A stretch of 64,000 nt of DNA, taken from the NCBI GenBank assembly GCA_902557155.1, contig CACDYR010000002.1:71025-135024 (forward strand), read 5' to 3'. The notes beneath the pieces were generated by a model. It was not told the origin of the DNA, did no database searches, and saw only the letters and a program-made list of their open reading frames with translations. A program made the position numbers and the translations under genes. Below are positions 46,504 through 56,315 of the stretch, one piece after another (the stretch's first letter is position 1; every line of letters begins with the position of its first letter). The DNA comes from an uncultured Pelagibacteraceae bacterium (GTDB taxonomy: Bacteria; Pseudomonadota; Alphaproteobacteria; Pelagibacterales; Pelagibacteraceae).

Positions 46504-47876
46504 TGGATAAATCAAACGTAACACAACTACACCCAAAAGATAAAAATCAAAAAGAGGAAGCTTCTTTAGTAAGTTCTTTATCGCCAAGAGAAATAGTTTC
46601 TGAATTAGACAGATTTGTTGTAGGACAAAATAAAGCAAAAAGAGCTGTTGCTGTAGCACTGAGAAATAGATGGAGAAGACAAGCGTTAAAGGGTGAAATG
46701 AAAAATGAGGTTTTGCCAAAAAATATTTTAATGATAGGGCCGACTGGAGTGGGTAAAACGGAAATTTCAAGAAGACTATCAAAACTTGCAGAAGCTCCAT
46801 TTGTTAAAGTAGAAGCTACAAGATTTACAGAAGTTGGGTATGTTGGAAGAGATGTGGAACAAATCGTAAGAGATTTAATTGAGATAGCAATCTCAATGGA
46901 AAAAGTTAAAAAAAGAAAAGAAGTTTTTGCTAAAGCTCAAAAGGCTGCTGAGGAAAAAGTTTTAGACGCTTTAGTTGGCAAAAAAGCAAGTCTTGCAACA
47001 AGAGAAAGTTTTAGAAAAAGATTAAGAAATGGTGATTTAGACGATAACGAAATTGAAATTGCTGTTAGCGATACTGGTTCAAGTGGTGCTTCTTTTGAAA
47101 TTCCTGGAATGCCTGGTGCAAATGTTGGCATGATAAATATTGGTGAGATGATTGGAAAATCAATGGGCAATAAAGAAAAGAAAAAGAAAATGACAGTAAA
47201 AGAATCTCATGAGATTTTAATCAATGACGAGTCCGATAAATTAATTGAACAAGATAAAATTATAAAAGCTGCAAAACTTTCTACAGAAAATAATGGAATA
47301 GTATTTTTAGATGAAATAGACAAAATTTCAGCTAGAACCGACAGAGTAGGAGGTGATGTTTCAAGAGAAGGTGTCCAGAGAGATTTATTGCCTTTAATTG
47401 AAGGAACAACTGTTAACACAAAACATGGTCCAATTAAAACTGACCATATTTTATTTATTGCATCAGGTGCTTTCCAGCTTGCAAAACCATCAGATCTACT
47501 TCCTGAATTACAAGGAAGATTGCCAATCAGAGTTGAATTGGAAGCTTTGACTAGTGAAGATTTCAAAAGAATTTTGAGAGAACCTGATTTTAGTTTAATA
47601 AAACAATATGTTGCTCTATTGAAAACAGAAAATGTTGATTTAGAATTTTCTGATGACGGGATTGATGCAATTGCTAACATAGCATCTGAGGTCAATGCTT
47701 CAGTCGAGAACATTGGCGCAAGAAGACTACATACTATTATTGAAAAAATATTGGACGAAATCAGTTTTACAGCTACTGATCGTGCGGGTGATAAAATTAT
47801 TATTGATAAAAACTATATAAATAAAAATTTAGATACTTTGGTTAAAGATACTGATTTATCAAAGTTTATTTTATAG
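46503..47876 (+). CDS. hslU: ATP-dependent protease ATPase subunit HslU
   Basis: [22 protein letters not shown]. Confidence 0.98.
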   Translation: MDKSNVTQLHPKDKNQKEEASLVSSLSPREIVSELDRFVVGQNKAKRAVAVALRNRWRRQALKGEMKNEVLPKNILMIGPTGVGKTEISRRLSKLAEAPFVKVEATRFTEVGYVGRDVEQIVRDLIEIAISMEKVKKRKEVFAKAQKAAEEKVLDALVGKKASLATRESFRKRLRNGDLDDNEIEIAVSDTGSSGASFEIPGMPGANVGMINIGEMIGKSMGNKEKKKKMTVKESHEILINDESDKLIEQDKIIKAAKLSTENNGIVFLDEIDKISARTDRVGGDVSREGVQRDLLPLIEGTTVNTKHGPIKTDHILFIASGAFQLAKPSDLLPELQGRLPIRVELEALTSEDFKRILREPDFSLIKQYVALLKTENVDLEFSDDGIDAIANIASEVNASVENIGARRLHTIIEKILDEISFTATDRAGDKIIIDKNYINKNLDTLVKDTDLSKFIL

Positions 47877-48707
47877 ATAACCTAATTCTTTCATTTCCTT
47901 TTCAAATTTATCTTCTATCTCTTTTTTTAAATTTACATCAAGCATTTTTTTCCAATCATTTTTTGGACCAAGATAGAAAAATTTATTTTTTATCCCTGTA
48001 TTTTTGTTTTTTAAACTTTCCTCAAATCCAAATTTATTTTCCATATTCTGCATTTGATTAAAAGAAGTGGTATCTAGACATTTCTGAAATTTTTTTTTAT
48101 CTAAAACTAATTCAATTTTTTTTAATTTGTGTATAAAATTTAATATTTTAAAAAAAAATTTTTCTTTATCAGCAATTAAATCTTCGTATTTAATTAAGAG
48201 ATATCTATCTACATTTTTAAAAGATTTCCAACTGTTATAATTACCGTTCCAAGTTCCTGTATATGTCCAGATATCATTTTTGTTTTTTCTCAATGGTTTT
48301 CCACTAATCATATCATCGGCACTATTTCTATGTGTTGAGCTATTATGATTTGCAGCTGAAATTATGATATTTCTTGGGTCTCTTACCAAGTATATAACTC
48401 CTAAAGAATTATTTAGATTAGTAAAAGGATTGTTTTCAATATTAAATAAATAGCTATGAGTTTTTAAAAATTGAGTACTATTTTTAACATTAATTGAATT
48501 TTGTATTTTTATATAATTTCTAATAACTTCTTTTTCATCACGTACATTAATTCCATGCTTTGAAAAAAGATATTTATCTGGAAATTGTTTGATATTTTCG
48601 AGTAATTTAAAATCAAAAATTCCTTCTCGAGAAAAAAAATAAGAGGCCAATAATGATCTTGTAAGTGTATTGCCACTCTTAGGGTATGAAGCTATCCAAA
48701 CAAACAT
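47871..48707 (-). CDS. PAPS-dependent sulfotransferase, paralogue 2
   Basis: [27 protein letters not shown]. Confidence 0.92.
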   Translation of the reverse strand: MFVWIASYPKSGNTLTRSLLASYFFSREGIFDFKLLENIKQFPDKYLFSKHGINVRDEKEVIRNYIKIQNSINVKNSTQFLKTHSYLFNIENNPFTNLNNSLGVIYLVRDPRNIIISAANHNSSTHRNSADDMISGKPLRKNKNDIWTYTGTWNGNYNSWKSFKNVDRYLLIKYEDLIADKEKFFFKILNFIHKLKKIELVLDKKKFQKCLDTTSFNQMQNMENKFGFEESLKNKNTGIKNKFFYLGPKNDWKKMLDVNLKKEIEDKFEKEMKELGYL

Positions 48708-48811
48708 AATATTAGAGAAAAAATAATTATAAATAAAGAATATATTAATAAAAATTTAGATAATTCATTTAAAGATACAGATTTATTAAAATTCATTTTT
48801 TTATTTAAGAT

Positions 48812-49663
48812 TTATAGATATCCCAATTCAAGCATTTCTTTTCTAAAGGCTTCTTCAATTTTTTTCCTTATGTTTTTATCTAACATTTTCTTCCAATCAT
48901 TTTGCGGACCAAGATTAAAAAATGGTATTTTTTTTCCAGTTTCTATATTGGTTTTAGCTTCAAAAAAACCTTTTTCTTTCTCCAGTGATTTCATTTTATC
49001 AAAATCGGTTGTTTCAATTGCGTTTTGAAATTTTTTTTGATCAATTTTAAATTTAGCTCTTTGAATTTTATATATAAATTTTAATATTTTTCTAAATACA
49101 AAATCTCTATCACTTATTAAATCTTCGTATTTAATTAATAAATATCTTCCATCACTATCAAAAGATTTCCAACTGTTATAATTTCCGCCCCATGTTCCTA
49201 AATAAAGTCTTGTTTGTTCGGCTATTTGATCGCTGAATATATTTCCAAATTTAAACGAATTTATTAAAATATCTGCAGATTTTTCAGCAGAAGCTCCCAA
49301 ATGATTTGCTAGAGAATTTACAATATTTCTTGGATCTCTGACTATATAGATTGCCCCAAGGGAATTATTTAAATCAGTGAAAGCATGATTATTAATATTA
49401 AATAAATAACTATGTGTTTTCAAAAATTGAACACTATTTTTTTTATTAAAAGACGCTTGAACTTTTATATAATTTTTTAAGACTTGTTCTTCGTCCTGAA
49501 TATCAATACCCATTCTTTGAAATAAAGCATTTACTGGGAATTGTTTGATGTTCTTAATTAAATCAAAATTATATACACCATCATTAGAAAAAAAATATGC
49601 AGCCAGCATTGACCTTACTAAGGTATTACCACTCTTAGGATATGATGCTAACCAAATAAACAT
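48812..49663 (-). CDS. PAPS-dependent sulfotransferase, paralogue 3
   Basis: [28 protein letters not shown]. Confidence 0.92.
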   Translation of the reverse strand: MFIWLASYPKSGNTLVRSMLAAYFFSNDGVYNFDLIKNIKQFPVNALFQRMGIDIQDEEQVLKNYIKVQASFNKKNSVQFLKTHSYLFNINNHAFTDLNNSLGAIYIVRDPRNIVNSLANHLGASAEKSADILINSFKFGNIFSDQIAEQTRLYLGTWGGNYNSWKSFDSDGRYLLIKYEDLISDRDFVFRKILKFIYKIQRAKFKIDQKKFQNAIETTDFDKMKSLEKEKGFFEAKTNIETGKKIPFFNLGPQNDWKKMLDKNIRKKIEEAFRKEMLELGYL

Positions 49664-49678
49664 TTAAAATAAATTAAT

Positions 49679-50092
49679 TTACTTTAATTTTTTTAAATAT
49701 ACATAAAAAGCACCGCTGCCACCATCTTTTACGTCTGCTTCTCTAAATTCAGTTATTTTTTTCATAAGTTCTTCATTATTTTTAATGAACTCTGGAACAG
49801 AGTATTTTAAAATACTTAAATCTTTAGAAACAAACGGATCAGCCTCATTTTTTGAATGAAGTCCCTTACCGGTTACTATAACAAGCTTGTTGGTCCCTTC
49901 TTTAAAATTTTTATTTATAAATGACTCCACAATTACATTTGCTTTTTCTAAAGTATAACCATGTAAATCTAATAATTTGGTTTTAGATGTTTTTTTTTCC
50001 TTATTTTTAATATCTTTATTTGGAAGCTTTTCCTCACTTTTTAAAAAAGTGTTCCAATCCCTTTTGTCTTTATCTGTAAGGTTATTGTTCAA
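49679..50092 (-). CDS. Smr domain protein (TTG start)
   Basis: LDLHG, IVTGKG, GGSGAFYV. Confidence 0.9.
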   Translation of the reverse strand: MNNNLTDKDKRDWNTFLKSEEKLPNKDIKNKEKKTSKTKLLDLHGYTLEKANVIVESFINKNFKEGTNKLVIVTGKGLHSKNEADPFVSKDLSILKYSVPEFIKNNEELMKKITEFREADVKDGGSGAFYVYLKKLK

Positions 50093-50689
50093 TTATGTTA
50101 AAATATTTACCAATTTCCAGTTTGGATTACCCGATGTTGTGTCTCTTGAAAATGTCCATGTATCGTATATTTTTTTAATTTTTTCTGGGTCTCCTGAAAC
50201 TATTTTTTTATCCTTATCTTTTATACAAGTGATTATTTCCGCAATAAAATCCACTGTAACGTTTAAAATGTTACCAATCTTTTTATGTTCTTTTATTTTT
50301 GCTGAATTAACACCAATAAAAGTTATTTCTGCGTAATGCCCTCTATCGCTTCTTTCTTTAAGGGCTTTATTAAACTGATCAAATATTTCTTTATTTAAAA
50401 GTGGCTTGCTAGCTATGATTTTATTATCATTATCACTAAAGTCTGTAATAATTGTTTCATAGGCAACTTTTGCTCCTTTTAAAAATTCATTTTGTGCATT
50501 TGTATCAAAAATATCATTATCTTTCTTAGGTTGGACCTTTTCTACTTTCTTCAATATCTCTTGGAATTGGCCCGGAGCTTTTCCTTCAAAACCAGTTCTT
50601 TTCCCCAATATACCTCTAAGTCTTAAGAAAATAAATCCAGCTATCATCGCTAGTAAAATAATATCAATGTATTCAAAACTATAATTCAT
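50093..50689 (-). CDS. Tim44/TimA family protein (start at MNYSF)
   Basis: IILLAMIAGFIFLRLR..LG.RTG, FLKGAK.AYE, DTWTF.R, PNWKL. Confidence 0.9.
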   Translation of the reverse strand: MNYSFEYIDIILLAMIAGFIFLRLRGILGKRTGFEGKAPGQFQEILKKVEKVQPKKDNDIFDTNAQNEFLKGAKVAYETIITDFSDNDNKIIASKPLLNKEIFDQFNKALKERSDRGHYAEITFIGVNSAKIKEHKKIGNILNVTVDFIAEIITCIKDKDKKIVSGDPEKIKKIYDTWTFSRDTTSGNPNWKLVNILT

Positions 50690-50747
50690 TCGATAATAGT
50701 AATTACTATGTTGATTAATTTCAACCAGCAATTTAGATTAAGGACAA

Positions 50748-51173
50748 ATGAACTCAATATTATTAGCCATAATTTTAATACCTGTTATTGAAATTTACCT
50801 TTTAATTAAAATTGGGTCCCAAATAGGTGCATTAACAACAATTTTATTAATTTTTACAACTGCAATAATTGGAATTTATTACGCAAAATATGAGGGCCTG
50901 AATACTCTTAAAGCTGGGTTTGCTCAATTAAACAAAAATCAGGCACCAACCTATGAAATGTTATCTGGTGCAGCTATTGCAATGGCAGCAGTTTTATTAA
51001 TTATTCCAGGTTTCATGACTGATTTAATTGGATTTATTTTAATATTTCCGCCTAGTAGAAAGTTCATTTTTGATAATATTTTTAAAAAATTTAAACAAAA
51101 GAAAAATATTAAAAATAATTTTATTGATGGAGAATTTGAGGATATAGAAGACGACAATGACAGAAAAGTTTAA
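50748..51173 (+). CDS. fxsA: FxsA family protein
   Basis: IEIYLLI.IG, LLIIPGF.TD.IG, IDGEF. Confidence 0.92.
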   Translation: MNSILLAIILIPVIEIYLLIKIGSQIGALTTILLIFTTAIIGIYYAKYEGLNTLKAGFAQLNKNQAPTYEMLSGAAIAMAAVLLIIPGFMTDLIGFILIFPPSRKFIFDNIFKKFKQKKNIKNNFIDGEFEDIEDDNDRKV

Positions 51174-51579
51174 AATTTTAGGCCAGTATATTAAAGACCT
51201 ATCAAGTGAAACACCGGATATTGAAACTTATCTATATGTTAGAGACAATATTTCACAATATAATCTTGGTATAGACATAAATTCAAAAGCAATAAAAAAT
51301 AAAATGATCGAAGTAAATACAACATTTAAATTTGAGGATAAAAATAAAAGTCTTAAAAAAGCCTACTTTGAAATTGTATACTCAACAATAATTCAGGTTG
51401 ATGATGATATAAAAGAAAAAAAGGAATTGGAGAAAATTATACTTTGTGATGTTCAAAATAAAATATATCCAAATTTAGAAAAAGCTCTTTTAAATTTATT
51501 GCATAACTCGGGATATCCAGAAATAAAATTTGAAAAGAAGATTGATTTTGAAAACTTATATAATCAAAAATTTAATTAA
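51157..51579 (+). CDS. secB: Protein export chaperone SecB
   Basis: QYIKDLSSE.P; IDFE.LY; fxsA-secB synteny. Confidence 0.85.
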   Translation: MTEKFKILGQYIKDLSSETPDIETYLYVRDNISQYNLGIDINSKAIKNKMIEVNTTFKFEDKNKSLKKAYFEIVYSTIIQVDDDIKEKKELEKIILCDVQNKIYPNLEKALLNLLHNSGYPEIKFEKKIDFENLYNQKFN

Positions 51580-52238
51580 TAATAATTTTTTTTTAAATTT
51601 TTATTAAGATAGCTTTTATGGTTTTCAAGTTCTTTGGTGCTTGGTCTAACAATTTTTTTAAAATATTCTACATTTGAACCAAAGCTATTACTTTCTTGCT
51701 CATCGACATTTTTAAAATCCAATAAAGGTTCTTTTTGATCAATTAAATTTATATAAACTTTTGATAGTAAATCACAATCGATTAAAGCAGTATGAGTAAC
51801 TCTTCTAGAATTATCTATTCTAAATCTTTTACATAGAGCATCCAAACTCGATTGGGCTCCTGGAAACTTTTCTCTTGCTAAAATTAAAGTATCAATTATT
51901 TCATTACTAATTTCATTTATCCCAATTAATTTTAGTTCATTATTTAAATGAGACAAATCAAATTGAGCATTATGAATTATAATTCTTTTGTTTTTAATAA
52001 ACTCTAAAAACTCCTCACTTATTTCATTGAATTTTTTTTGTTTAGACAAAAATTCATCGTTATATCCATGAATTTTTAAAGCTTCTTCTGAAACTTTTCT
52101 TTCAGGATTTAAATAACAATGAAATTTATTTTTGGTTGGTACTAAGTTGTCCAGCTCTATACATCCTATTTCAACAATTCTATGACCATCTTTTACAGAT
52201 ATTCCTGTTGTCTCAGTATCTAAAACTACTTCTTTCAT
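51576..52238 (-). CDS. dnaQ: DNA polymerase III epsilon subunit
   Basis: DTETTG, HNAQFD, HTALID. Confidence 0.96.
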   Translation of the reverse strand: MKEVVLDTETTGISVKDGHRIVEIGCIELDNLVPTKNKFHCYLNPERKVSEEALKIHGYNDEFLSKQKKFNEISEEFLEFIKNKRIIIHNAQFDLSHLNNELKLIGINEISNEIIDTLILAREKFPGAQSSLDALCKRFRIDNSRRVTHTALIDCDLLSKVYINLIDQKEPLLDFKNVDEQESNSFGSNVEYFKKIVRPSTKELENHKSYLNKNLKKNYY

Positions 52239-52810
52239 TGGTTTATTTTTTTTTTAAAATCTTTGATATTAATATTAATTGTTTTTTTGGTAAAATCATT
52301 TTTAATTATGAAATTGGACTTTCTAATTTTGTATTGTGATGAATATTGAATTTTTTGAAATTTATTAAATAACTTTTTATTAAAATTTTTTCTTTTCGTT
52401 AATTTTTTTAAGATATCTGATTTTTTAGAGTCTATAAATATTAAGATATCCCCTTTTTTATTAAGTTTGTTTTCTAAGAGCAAAGGAATGTCTAACACTA
52501 CAAATTTTTTATTTTTATTTTTATTTAAAAATAATTTCATTTGTTTCCGAACCTCTAAGTGAACAATATTAATAATTTTTTTTAAATTATTTTTGTTACT
52601 TAATATTGCTGCACTTACTTCGTTTTTATCTATTGGAAATTTAGATATATATCTTGGTAATTTTTTTTTTAATTTATTAAAAATTTTTTTATTTTTTTTA
52701 TAAATTTTTGATACTTCACTATCTGCATTAAATACTGGATATCCAAAATTCTTTGCTACATAACTTTTTCCCGAACCTATATCTCCTAAAATTCCAATTC
52801 TTATCATCAA
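52235..52810 (-). CDS. coaE: Dephospho-CoA kinase
   Basis: GDIGSGKS P-loop, NAD, VLDIPLL.E; position between aroE and dnaQ. Confidence 0.88.
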   Translation of the reverse strand: MMIRIGILGDIGSGKSYVAKNFGYPVFNADSEVSKIYKKNKKIFNKLKKKLPRYISKFPIDKNEVSAAILSNKNNLKKIINIVHLEVRKQMKLFLNKNKNKKFVVLDIPLLLENKLNKKGDILIFIDSKKSDILKKLTKRKNFNKKLFNKFQKIQYSSQYKIRKSNFIIKNDFTKKTININIKDFKKKINQ

Positions 52811-53646
52811 TCTAATAATTTAATTACTTCTTCATCAATAGTTGGGCTGACGCCTGTCCACATTTTAAAAGCTAAATGAGCTTGCCATAAAAACATCATT
52901 TTGCCATTCATTGTCCTGTTTCCTCTAATTCTAGCATCTTTAAGAAAATTTGTTTCTTTAGGATTGTAAATTAAATCATAAAACAAGACATCTTTTTTGT
53001 TGTTATAATCACTAAAATCAAAATTTAATTTTTCATCTTTTGTCAGACCCACACTGGTTGTATTTATTACTAAATCACATAATTCACTTTTTTTTTCCCA
53101 ATCTATAACTTCGATTCTATCCTTTTTCATTTGATTAATGCCAAGGGCTTTATCCCAGAATTTTTTTAGCTCTTCAGCCTTACTCCGTGTTCTGTTAGAC
53201 AAATAAATCTTTTCTGCTCCATCCACTTTAATGAAAGTGGATAAAATTGAAGGCGTGACACCTCCTGCTCCGATAATTAAAATTTTTTTATCTTTACAAT
53301 CCCAGTCATTTTCTTCCAAGCTTATTTCAAAGCCCTGTTGATCTGTATTATATCCAACAACTTTGTCATTTTCTTTTACTAATGTATTTACGGATTTAGT
53401 AAATTGAACTTCATGTGAGGCTGTATCTATAAAATTAAAGATTTCCCTTTTAAAAGGAACAGTTACATTAACTCCTTTAACTTCATCATTCCTAATTTGC
53501 TCAACAATTTTTTTTAAATCCTTTTTCTCTACTTTTTTTTTTTCATAAATTGAGTCAAGAAATCTATATTTTTTAAACCAATAATTGTGCAACAATGGAG
53601 ATAAAGAATGTGCTATTGGATTTCCAATTACCAAATATTTATTCAT
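52807..53646 (-). CDS. aroE: Shikimate dehydrogenase
   Basis: GNPIAHSLSP, NVTVPFK, SVNT, NTD, GAGG. Confidence 0.96.
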   Translation of the reverse strand: MNKYLVIGNPIAHSLSPLLHNYWFKKYRFLDSIYEKKKVEKKDLKKIVEQIRNDEVKGVNVTVPFKREIFNFIDTASHEVQFTKSVNTLVKENDKVVGYNTDQQGFEISLEENDWDCKDKKILIIGAGGVTPSILSTFIKVDGAEKIYLSNRTRSKAEELKKFWDKALGINQMKKDRIEVIDWEKKSELCDLVINTTSVGLTKDEKLNFDFSDYNNKKDVLFYDLIYNPKETNFLKDARIRGNRTMNGKMMFLWQAHLAFKMWTGVSPTIDEEVIKLLD

Positions 53647-54226
53647 AATTTTTTAAATAATCTTTAATTTTGTCAATAGGAAGGCCCATAATTGTATTTT
53701 CGTTTCCTTCAATTTTTGAGAACAAATGTCTGCCCTCACCTTCAATTTGATAAACATTATAAGCATATAGTGCTTCATCAGATATTTTGGTTAAATAATT
53801 CTTTAGCTCATCTTCAGTAAAATTTTTCATAGTTAATTTTGCCTTATCAGTATAGTTCCAAATCATTGATCCATTTTTTGATATGCAAACAGAACTGATT
53901 AATAAATGTGATTTACCATTAAGTTTTCTTAGTATTTGCATTGCCTCTTCTCTGTTTTCTGGCTTGGATATTAATTCCCCCTCCAAATCTATCACGCTAT
54001 CTGCTCCTAAAACTATTTCATCAGTTTTTTTCATGCTAACTTTGTTTGCTTTCAATTCGGCTAGGTTTTTTGAAATTATTTCTGAGCTTGCTTGTTCTTT
54101 TAACAGGCTTTCTTTAACAGGATCTTCGTCTACGTTTGATGGCTCAACAAAACATTTTATATCGTTTTTATCTAAAATATCTTTTCTAACTTTGCTTTTA
54201 GATGCAAGAATGATTTTATTTTGCAT
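53639..54226 (-). CDS. maf: Maf family nucleoside triphosphate pyrophosphatase
   Basis: ILASKS..R, GADS, KPE, YQIEG, IMGLP. Confidence 0.92.
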   Translation of the reverse strand: MQNKIILASKSKVRKDILDKNDIKCFVEPSNVDEDPVKESLLKEQASSEIISKNLAELKANKVSMKKTDEIVLGADSVIDLEGELISKPENREEAMQILRKLNGKSHLLISSVCISKNGSMIWNYTDKAKLTMKNFTEDELKNYLTKISDEALYAYNVYQIEGEGRHLFSKIEGNENTIMGLPIDKIKDYLKNYE

Positions 54227-55043
54227 TATTTAAATATATTTCGTGGATTTTAATTATAGAAGCTGCTGTTTCTTCAACAGATTTTCTTGTTACATCTATA
54301 AGTGGCCATTTATATTTTTGAAATGTTTTTTTAGCTTCCAGCACCTCTTTTTTGATATTTTCTAAATCTGTGTATTGTATATTTTCTGTTTCTTTTAATG
54401 AATTCATTCTATTTTTTCTCAAATCAGCCAACCTTTCTGGCTCGGTGCTTAATCCTACCACACAAGCCATTTTGGGGTTTTTTTTAAGAGTTTCGGGCAA
54501 TGAATTTTCGTTTACTAAAGGAATATTTGATGTTTTGAATCCTTTGTTAGCTAAATAAATAGACGTAGGTGTTTTGCTGGTTCTGCTTACACCTACAAGA
54601 ATAATATCAGATTTATGTACTTCGTTTATTAAATTCCCATCGTCATGATTCATTGTAAATTGAATTGCTTCAATTCTATCGTAATATTCTTCATTTAATA
54701 TATGCTGACCGCTTGGTTCATGGGTTGCTTTTTGATTAAGAATTTTTGAAAAATTTAAAATTAAATTTCCAAGGACACCAAAACATGGAATTTTTTTATC
54801 TTCGCTAACATTTGCTAAATATTTAGCTAAATTATTATCTACAATAGTATATAAAATTATTGCATTAGAGTTTTTTTCTGCATCTTCTAAGATTTTTAAA
54901 ATTTGGTTTTCTGTTCTTGTAAAAGAATAAGAGTGAACCTTATATTCTATATTTAAAAATTGTGCCTTAAGAGCTAAAAAAATTCTATCTAAAGTTTCGC
55001 CGGTTGAGTCAGAAATTAAATATATTTGGTATGTATTGCTCAT
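54216..55043 (-). CDS. Pyruvate,phosphate dikinase/PEP synthase regulatory protein (DUF299)
   Basis: SDSTGET, IEAIQFT..HDDG, GVSRTSKTP, RKSVEETA. Confidence 0.95.
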   Translation of the reverse strand: MSNTYQIYLISDSTGETLDRIFLALKAQFLNIEYKVHSYSFTRTENQILKILEDAEKNSNAIILYTIVDNNLAKYLANVSEDKKIPCFGVLGNLILNFSKILNQKATHEPSGQHILNEEYYDRIEAIQFTMNHDDGNLINEVHKSDIILVGVSRTSKTPTSIYLANKGFKTSNIPLVNENSLPETLKKNPKMACVVGLSTEPERLADLRKNRMNSLKETENIQYTDLENIKKEVLEAKKTFQKYKWPLIDVTRKSVEETAASIIKIHEIYLNNAK

Positions 55044-55310
55044 GAAAAAATTGTTAATAAATTTGTATTATTTTAATTAAATTACACAATTTAAAATTAT
55101 TTAAATTAACCTTGTAAAAACTGTTATTTATTAACATTAATAATAAATAGGGCAAAACAATCCACAAAAATTAATATGATAAAAAAAGCTTCATTTTAAA
55201 CAATTTTAATCACATAAGATGTTAGTAAAATGTGAATATAATGTTTATAAAAAATAATCACCTTTATTCACAGGATATATTACAACTACAATAATTAATA
55301 ATACTTATTT
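55044..55310. other. oriC: Predicted chromosomal replication origin (oriC)
   Basis: Largest core intergenic gap, extremely AT-rich, between DUF299 gene and hemE; DnaA-box matches TTATTCACA (55264), TGTGAATAT (55231), TTAATCACA (55206), CAATCCACA (55158); flanking genes diverge from it. Confidence 0.8.
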
Positions 55311-56315
55311 ATGAAACCTTTAAACAAGATAATAATCAACAAAGACACTTCCTTTAATCCTATATGGATTATGAGACAAGCTGGAAGATATTTGCCTGAA
55401 TTTAGGGAAATTAGGAAAGAAAATCCTAATTTTATTAATCTATGTTTAAATGAGGATTTGTCTTCAGAAATAACGTTACAACCCTTAAAGAGATTTGATT
55501 TAGACGCTGCAATAATATTTTCGGATATCTTAATGCTTCCATATGGATTAGGTCAAAAAGTAGAGTTTGAAAAAAACTTTGGACCCAAATTAGGAGAATT
55601 AAATCTAAATGAAATTACTAAAATTGATGAAATTGATTTTGTAGAAAAAATTCATCGTGTTTATAAGGCAATAAATAAAGTTAGTTCAAATTTAATTTTA
55701 AATGACAAAAACACCATTGGATTTGTTGGAGCTCCATGGACTTTATTAGTTTATATGATTAATCAACAATCACCCAAAAAGAATTTAAAAAAGGATTTTT
55801 TCAAAGATGATTTTTTAATAAATAGAATTTTATTAATTATTGAAAAATTTTTAAAAATCCACATAAAAAATCAAATCGACAGTGGGGCAAATGTAATTCA
55901 AATTTTTGATAGTTGGGCAGGCTTATTAGAAGAAAAAGATTTACCTAACTATGTTTATACCCCAACTTTAAATTTAGTAAATTATGTAAAATCTTTAAAT
56001 GCGCCAGTGATATGTTTCCCTAGAGAAATAAAAAATTATAAAGAATTCTGTGATATTGTGAAGCCCGATGCAATTAGTATTGATTATAATGTTGATCCAA
56101 AAAAAATACTTAGAGATATAAAAATACCTATTCAAGGCGGTTTAGACCCTAAAATTCTATTAACAGACAAAGAAATATTAAAAAAAGAAGCCTCTAGATA
56201 TTTGGAAATTTTCCGAGATCATCCATATATATTTAATCTCGGCCATGGTATTCTGCCCGAAACAAATCCAGAGATGGTTGAAAACTTAATTAAAATTGTA
56301 AAAGATTTTAAATGA
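55311..56315 (+). CDS. hemE: Uroporphyrinogen decarboxylase
   Basis: WIMRQAGRYLPE, FSDIL, GAPWT, FNLGHG. Confidence 0.97.
   Translation: MKPLNKIIINKDTSFNPIWIMRQAGRYLPEFREIRKENPNFINLCLNEDLSSEITLQPLKRFDLDAAIIFSDILMLPYGLGQKVEFEKNFGPKLGELNLNEITKIDEIDFVEKIHRVYKAINKVSSNLILNDKNTIGFVGAPWTLLVYMINQQSPKKNLKKDFFKDDFLINRILLIIEKFLKIHIKNQIDSGANVIQIFDSWAGLLEEKDLPNYVYTPTLNLVNYVKSLNAPVICFPREIKNYKEFCDIVKPDAISIDYNVDPKKILRDIKIPIQGGLDPKILLTDKEILKKEASRYLEIFRDHPYIFNLGHGILPETNPEMVENLIKIVKDFK

Noticed and set aside
8774-47713. Shadow ORFs 8774-9013, 21509-21727, 24101-24283, 29373-29567, 37630-37827, 39769-39966, 40806-40991, 43034-43228, 44873-45091, 45972-46289, 46414-46800, 46937-47170, 47207-47713
   Set aside because: Antisense or out-of-frame to well-supported genes, with no recognisable motifs.
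55044-55150. CtrA boxes (TTAA-N7-TTAA) in the origin
   Set aside because: Many TTAA tetramers, but none I checked has the 7-bp spacing; expected by chance in A/T-rich DNA.
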